Source of the DNA: Pyrinomonadales bacterium
Lineage (GTDB): Bacteria; Acidobacteriota; Blastocatellia; Pyrinomonadales; Pyrinomonadaceae
Direction: 5' to 3'
Length of the DNA: 37,733 nucleotides
Assembly: GCA_038248245.1 (NCBI GenBank)
Contig: JBBRUA010000001.1
Location: forward strand, 1 to 37,733
Part shown: piece after piece, positions 33,850 to 37,733 of the stretch
Numbering within the stretch: position 1 is the first letter of the stretch
How the letters are laid out: each line of letters starts with the position of its first letter
Notes under the pieces: model-generated
Database searches by the model: none
What the model was told of the DNA's origin: nothing
What the model saw: only the letters and a program-made list of their open reading frames with translations
Program-made: the position numbers and the translations under genes

Positions 33850-34362
33850 TTAGTCCTCCTTCGCGATGCCCAACTGATCGCTCAATTCTTTCTGCTGCGA
33901 TGCATTGGAAATAATATCCTCCAGCATTGATTCCAGTTTGTCGTTGCCGTCCATCTTCGAGCGAAGATCGGCCAGTTTCTGCCGTGCCTCGACGAGTTTA
34001 CGGAGCGGTTCGACCTGGTTGACGATGTTGTCGGGTTCGAAATCTTCGATGCTGTTAAATTTAAGCTCGACGCCCATCTTGCCGCCGTCGTCGGCTAACT
34101 TGTTGTCGACGGTGTAGGCGAGCCGCGGAGCCATGCCGGAAAGGACCTGATTGAAATTATCAGGATCGATCTCGACGAACTTCCGGTTTTTAAGTGCCGG
34201 CAGGGCAACTTCGGGTTTACCGACGAAATCGCCCATCACGCCGATGACGAATGGCAATTCTTTTAACTCGATCGCTCCGCCGACCTCGACATCGTAGGTG
34301 ATCTGGACTCGCGGCGGGCGAACCCGGTCGATCTTATGCTGCAAACTTTCTTTTTTTGGCAT
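33850..34362 (-). CDS. tssB: T6SS contractile sheath small subunit TssB (VipA)
   Basis: 'RPPRVQITYDVEVGGAIELKELPFVIGVMGDF' is the typical TssB core. Length is 170 aa. Confidence 0.95.
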   Translation of the reverse strand: MPKKESLQHKIDRVRPPRVQITYDVEVGGAIELKELPFVIGVMGDFVGKPEVALPALKNRKFVEIDPDNFNQVLSGMAPRLAYTVDNKLADDGGKMGVELKFNSIEDFEPDNIVNQVEPLRKLVEARQKLADLRSKMDGNDKLESMLEDIISNASQQKELSDQLGIAKED

Positions 34363-34467
34363 TCTAATTATCTCCTTTGGGTTGAACTTTTAAATTTTTG
34401 AACGATCAATACAAACCTGTGGCGATCGCGGGTTTTCCGAATTTCGGGTCCGCAACCGTCGAGAAAT

Positions 34468-35667
34468 TTACCATTCGTCACTGCTCGACTCGGTCGATGT
34501 TTCGGTCGATTCGGTGTCGTCAGAGCTGCTCCAGTCGCCGGATGAGGCCGGCGATCCGGCGTCCAGGCCGAGCGTTTCACGAAGCTGAAACAAGACATTT
34601 TCATCCTTGATCACATCGCGGAGCCAAGTTTCGAGCGGCATATTGCCCCACTTGACGGCCCGCTGAATAAGATAGGCGACCGGGCTGTGCGGTTCGGTAC
34701 GCTGAAAATAGGTGGCGATCTCGGCCAGACGTTTGAGCGCTTCGGGCCGACTTTTTACCGGGCCGCCGCCGCCGGTTGCTGTTGCCACGACCTCGCCATC
34801 ATCGGATACCTCTTCCGTGTAAGTTTCCTCGACGTCATTTTCGTTCGGCTCCTCTAGTCGTTTCTTATCGAGCAACTTCTTGACTTGACCGTGGACCTCG
34901 TCGATCGCCTTTTTAAGATTAGAGAGCCCGGGCGTTTGATTGCGATCGTAATTGTTATCGATTACGCGATTCAGATCGTCGAGAGCTGTCCAGCATTCGT
35001 CGATCGTATAATTGAGCGTTTCGAAAAACGCCCGCCGCGATTGTGCCATTGCCGACTTCCACATATCGGCGGTCACCCGGCGTTCGGCCTCGGCCTGAGC
35101 TTTCAGTTCGCTGAATTTTGCCTGAGCGTCCGGGTCGAGCGTGTCGAGATTAGACGGAATGTCGAATCGTTTCGCATCCTGCCAGTCGGTGTAGCCATAT
35201 CCGGCACCGGCCGTGATCGGACACGACCTGACAGCCTTGGCACCTTGTAGATCGAGCCACGCGATCGCATTCGCCCGGCCTTCCATATCGCCTTCGTCGA
35301 TCTCGGGATGGAGAGTTTCCCAAAAATTTTCCTGCAATCCCGCGACCAGTTTCAGACTGTCGCGCAGTCCGGAGAAACTATGTATCTTGATGAGTGCTTC
35401 GGAGAGCCAAACCGCGATCTGCAGGTCTTTTGAGGTGGCTGTCAGAGCAGGAACGGCCAGCTCGACCACCTTTCGGAAATCCGCGACCTTTAGTTCTGTC
35501 TGCCAATCGCCCTGATTCGCATCAACATCTGCCCGCCGAGCGTCGGATATCTCATCGTAAAGGCCCGAATAGCGCAGGGTCTCGCCCGCCGGATTTTCCT
35601 CGGAAACCGGCTGCAAGAGTGCGTCGAGATCGACCACCGGCGGTTGTTGAAGTTCGTCGCTCATCAA
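34468..35667 (-). CDS. tssA: T6SS protein TssA (ImpA N-terminal domain family)
   Basis: 'LLQPVSEENPAGETLRYSGLYDEISDARR' is the ImpA_N motif. The C-terminal region contains 'HSPVAYLIQRAVKWGNMPLETWL', followed by an acidic Ser/Thr tail. Confidence 0.85.
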   Translation of the reverse strand: MMSDELQQPPVVDLDALLQPVSEENPAGETLRYSGLYDEISDARRADVDANQGDWQTELKVADFRKVVELAVPALTATSKDLQIAVWLSEALIKIHSFSGLRDSLKLVAGLQENFWETLHPEIDEGDMEGRANAIAWLDLQGAKAVRSCPITAGAGYGYTDWQDAKRFDIPSNLDTLDPDAQAKFSELKAQAEAERRVTADMWKSAMAQSRRAFFETLNYTIDECWTALDDLNRVIDNNYDRNQTPGLSNLKKAIDEVHGQVKKLLDKKRLEEPNENDVEETYTEEVSDDGEVVATATGGGGPVKSRPEALKRLAEIATYFQRTEPHSPVAYLIQRAVKWGNMPLETWLRDVIKDENVLFQLRETLGLDAGSPASSGDWSSSDDTESTETSTESSSDEW

Positions 35668-35768
35668 AAAAAGACTCCTTGCTGAATAAACAAAGACGGA
35701 TGAAGATCAGTAATTTGCCGAAAACGAGATAATAATACCCGAATTTACAAAATAAGGGAATAAATTTT

Positions 35769-36575
35769 TTACGCGTCAGTTTCTTCGTGGTTGAATTCGA
35801 TCGTTTGGATATCGAGTATCGATCGCTCTTTGCCGTCCATCCAAAAAAGCTTCACGCCTTCGCCGGTGAACAGATCATCGCCGAGATCGTGCCAATCGAC
35901 CATTCGCCCGAGACGCACCTGATCGTTTTCGTGCTTCCACGAACCGGAATAAAGAGCCGGGAAAAACATCTCGCCGTTCGTACCGTTCGTCATCTCAACC
36001 TGAGCTTGTAACCAGTAGAGATCACGCAGCGATTTGGGTGCGAAAAACTCAACCTTATTCACATTCTCAAACGGGAGCCACGTGTATGTGTCTTTGAAAA
36101 TGATCTCAAATAGACACATCGTCGCGTCGTTAAAATCGCGAAAATCTTCGACCTCCGTTCCGTTTACAGTACACGCGAACGCCGGACGCTCTTCCTCGAC
36201 CGTATCGAGGATGGTGCGGGCCTCGCCGATATTGCCCTCGCGGATACGGTTGTTGGCGGCGAGCATGTCTTCAATGTAGGACGGCGGCGGAGCCAGAATG
36301 CCGGGTTTGAGACCATCGCCAAAAAAACTCAAACGATCGCCCTCGGCCTTTAGGCATTGTCGAAAGATCATCGACCCGATCAACGCGTTGGCGTCCTGAT
36401 GGCCGATAACGTCAAGCTGTTTTTCCGCCCGATCCCAATTGCCTGAGAACAGCGACAATTCGAACAAAAATATGCGTGCCGGAATATTCGTCGGGTTTGC
36501 CCGAACCAAATCCAAAGCCGCCGCAACGGCTCCGGTTAAGTCGCCTGCATCAAGAAGTTTTTTGGCTGTTTCCAT
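35769..36575 (-). CDS. tagJ: T6SS accessory protein TagJ (ImpE/SciE family)
   Basis: The N-terminus is TPR-like: 'AKKLLDAGDLTGAVAAALDLVRANPTNIPARIFLFELSLFSGNWDRAEKQL'. The size (268 aa) and the position between tssM and tssA fit ImpE. Confidence 0.8.
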   Translation of the reverse strand: METAKKLLDAGDLTGAVAAALDLVRANPTNIPARIFLFELSLFSGNWDRAEKQLDVIGHQDANALIGSMIFRQCLKAEGDRLSFFGDGLKPGILAPPPSYIEDMLAANNRIREGNIGEARTILDTVEEERPAFACTVNGTEVEDFRDFNDATMCLFEIIFKDTYTWLPFENVNKVEFFAPKSLRDLYWLQAQVEMTNGTNGEMFFPALYSGSWKHENDQVRLGRMVDWHDLGDDLFTGEGVKLFWMDGKERSILDIQTIEFNHEETDA

Positions 36576-36585
36576 AGTCCCTCGC

Positions 36586-37733
36586 CTATTGAAGTAAGTT
36601 TTGCGGTGCTTTCACCTGACGGAAAATATTCTTGTCGAAAAGGTCTCCGCCGCTCGGTTTGATCGTCGCCGAAATTCCTTTGCCGCCGATGCTGTAGCCC
36701 AACGCGTACTCGCCGCCCGGCTGTTTCGAAGCCTTTCCGGCATCGACGAAGCGGAACAGTCCCCAGTTGCCGGGGAACTTAAGCGTTCCGGGAGCATCCG
36801 GCACCGACGATTTCGTTGCCGGTGCGGGAGAATTTGTGTTCGTCGCCGGAGGCGGAGCTGTTGTGGTTGTCGCCGGTGCCGACGATGCCGAGCTCATGAT
36901 CACACCGGTCTCTGCAGATGCCGCCGCCGGGAAAGTTCCCTTGATCGAGGAAGTTCCCTCGGATGTGATCTTTTGGCCGTCGATGACGACCTCGATGATC
37001 GCTTCTTTGCCCGGTTTGAAGCTGAACTCGTATTCAAATTTCGGAGTTGGACTCGTTCCGAATAGCGCCTTTCTGAGCGCGAATGCATTATTCAGATACG
37101 CGACAAACTCGTCGCTAAATTTCACGTCGGCAGTGTCCTTCATCTTGAGCTGACCATTCGATTCTTCGAAATATTTCTTCAGCCGCTCGTCGTAGAATTT
37201 GGAAAGTTTGCCGTCCACCGGATTGAGATATGCAGTCAATTTCGTGAGATCGGACTCGGCCTGGCCATCTTCGAACGGGTAGCCTTTCTCGATCTCTTTC
37301 GCCGCCGGGAGGATCTGTTCCGTCCACGCTTTCGATATCTGCGTTTTGGCATCGGCGCCGAGCAGGCCTTTCAGATTGCCGAGCGGCTCTTGGATCAAAA
37401 CCGCCAACTCCTGCGACGACGGCGTTTCGCCAAATCCTTGGATAAGGTTTGAAACCGCAGTTTCGCCGGCCCGCAATTTGAGTTTGTCGTCCTTGTCGTT
37501 CGCCAGATCCTGAGCGATCTCTTTCAGCTGATCGGCGGAGATGCCGCTGAAACGATTCGATATCTTGCCGATCTCGGCACGATATTTTTCGATCGCAGCG
37601 TTCTCTTTTTCTTCTTTCTTACCAACGAAGGTGAACAGTGGGCGGAATTCCTTTTCGGTTTGCGTTGAGCCGCCAGTTTCTTTGTTCTCCGCTGTAAATA
37701 TGAAACTCTTGATCCATTCCCACCAGCCTTGAA
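36586..37733 (-). CDS. tssM: T6SS membrane-complex protein TssM (IcmF), C-terminal part; the gene continues beyond the window edge
   Basis: I checked by hand that the frame stays open from 37733 down to TAG 36586-36588. The track's 'M' at 37476 is an internal TTG/Leu. The C-terminus 'LNPVDGKLSKFYDERL...ALRKALFG...GNWGLFRFVD' is IcmF-like. Confidence 0.85.
   Translation of the reverse strand, partial: QGWWEWIKSFIFTAENKETGGSTQTEKEFRPLFTFVGKKEEKENAAIEKYRAEIGKISNRFSGISADQLKEIAQDLANDKDDKLKLRAGETAVSNLIQGFGETPSSQELAVLIQEPLGNLKGLLGADAKTQISKAWTEQILPAAKEIEKGYPFEDGQAESDLTKLTAYLNPVDGKLSKFYDERLKKYFEESNGQLKMKDTADVKFSDEFVAYLNNAFALRKALFGTSPTPKFEYEFSFKPGKEAIIEVVIDGQKITSEGTSSIKGTFPAAASAETGVIMSSASSAPATTTTAPPPATNTNSPAPATKSSVPDAPGTLKFPGNWGLFRFVDAGKASKQPGGEYALGYSIGGKGISATIKPSGGDLFDKNIFRQVKAPQNLLQ

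Noticed and set aside
32224-35768. Sigma54-type (TGGCAC-N5-TTGC) promoters in the T6SS intergenic regions upstream of hcp, tssB and tssA.
   Set aside because: By-eye scanning of the minus strand found no GG-N10-GC element with the proper spacing. The only TGGC occurrence, upstream of hcp, lacks the -12 element.

Overview
This 37.7-kb bacterial window is roughly 50-55% GC by eye. The protein repertoire (CadC-type/PD40 regulator, GxxExxY cassette, FG-GAP and 'TYQG' surface proteins) suggests an Acidobacteriota-like soil bacterium, but I cannot verify the taxon here.

- **1-2.9 kb:** housekeeping genes (single-domain rhodanese, lpdA, a SAM-methyltransferase).
- **3.3-10.9 kb:** a minus-strand accessory block of secreted proteins, lipoproteins and zinc-ribbon proteins. 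It includes an 848-aa 'NSFFG'-repeat fibre protein and an FG-GAP-like repeat protein.
- **11.0-13.2 kb:** a CadC-like winged-helix/TolB-propeller regulator split by one in-frame TAG.
- **13.3-17.4 kb:** an ArsR-controlled sulfide/persulfide detoxification operon (YgaP-like rhodanese, TauE, MBL-rhodanese fusion, rhodanese-DUF2202 fusion) with a clear operator palindrome. A relic of a PLP trans-sulfuration gene follows it.
- **17.9-20.1 kb:** fumC and a secreted Ca-loop/CCWH protein.
- **20.1-37.7 kb:** one co-directional (minus-strand) type VI secretion cluster, in transcription order tssM (partial, runs off the window), tagJ, tssA, tssB, tssC, hcp, tssE, tssF, tssG, [GxxExxY gene], clpV, [CHAT/DUF4347-like orphan], vgrG with a C-terminal HExxH (M91-like) toxin domain, a lipoprotein, PAAR.

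The most interesting material is in the effector end of the T6SS:
- the evolved VgrG-metallopeptidase with a G5R4 linker;
- the adjacent stand-alone His/Cys-dyad protein;
- the candidate lipoprotein immunity gene;
- the PAAR protein with an Ala-rich insertion.

Two non-coding oddities inside the operon also stand out: a 14-unit heptanucleotide array that fills the tssF-tssG spacer, and a 27-nt inverted repeat that brackets the inserted GxxExxY gene.

All functional calls come from motif recognition by eye. No database search was run.
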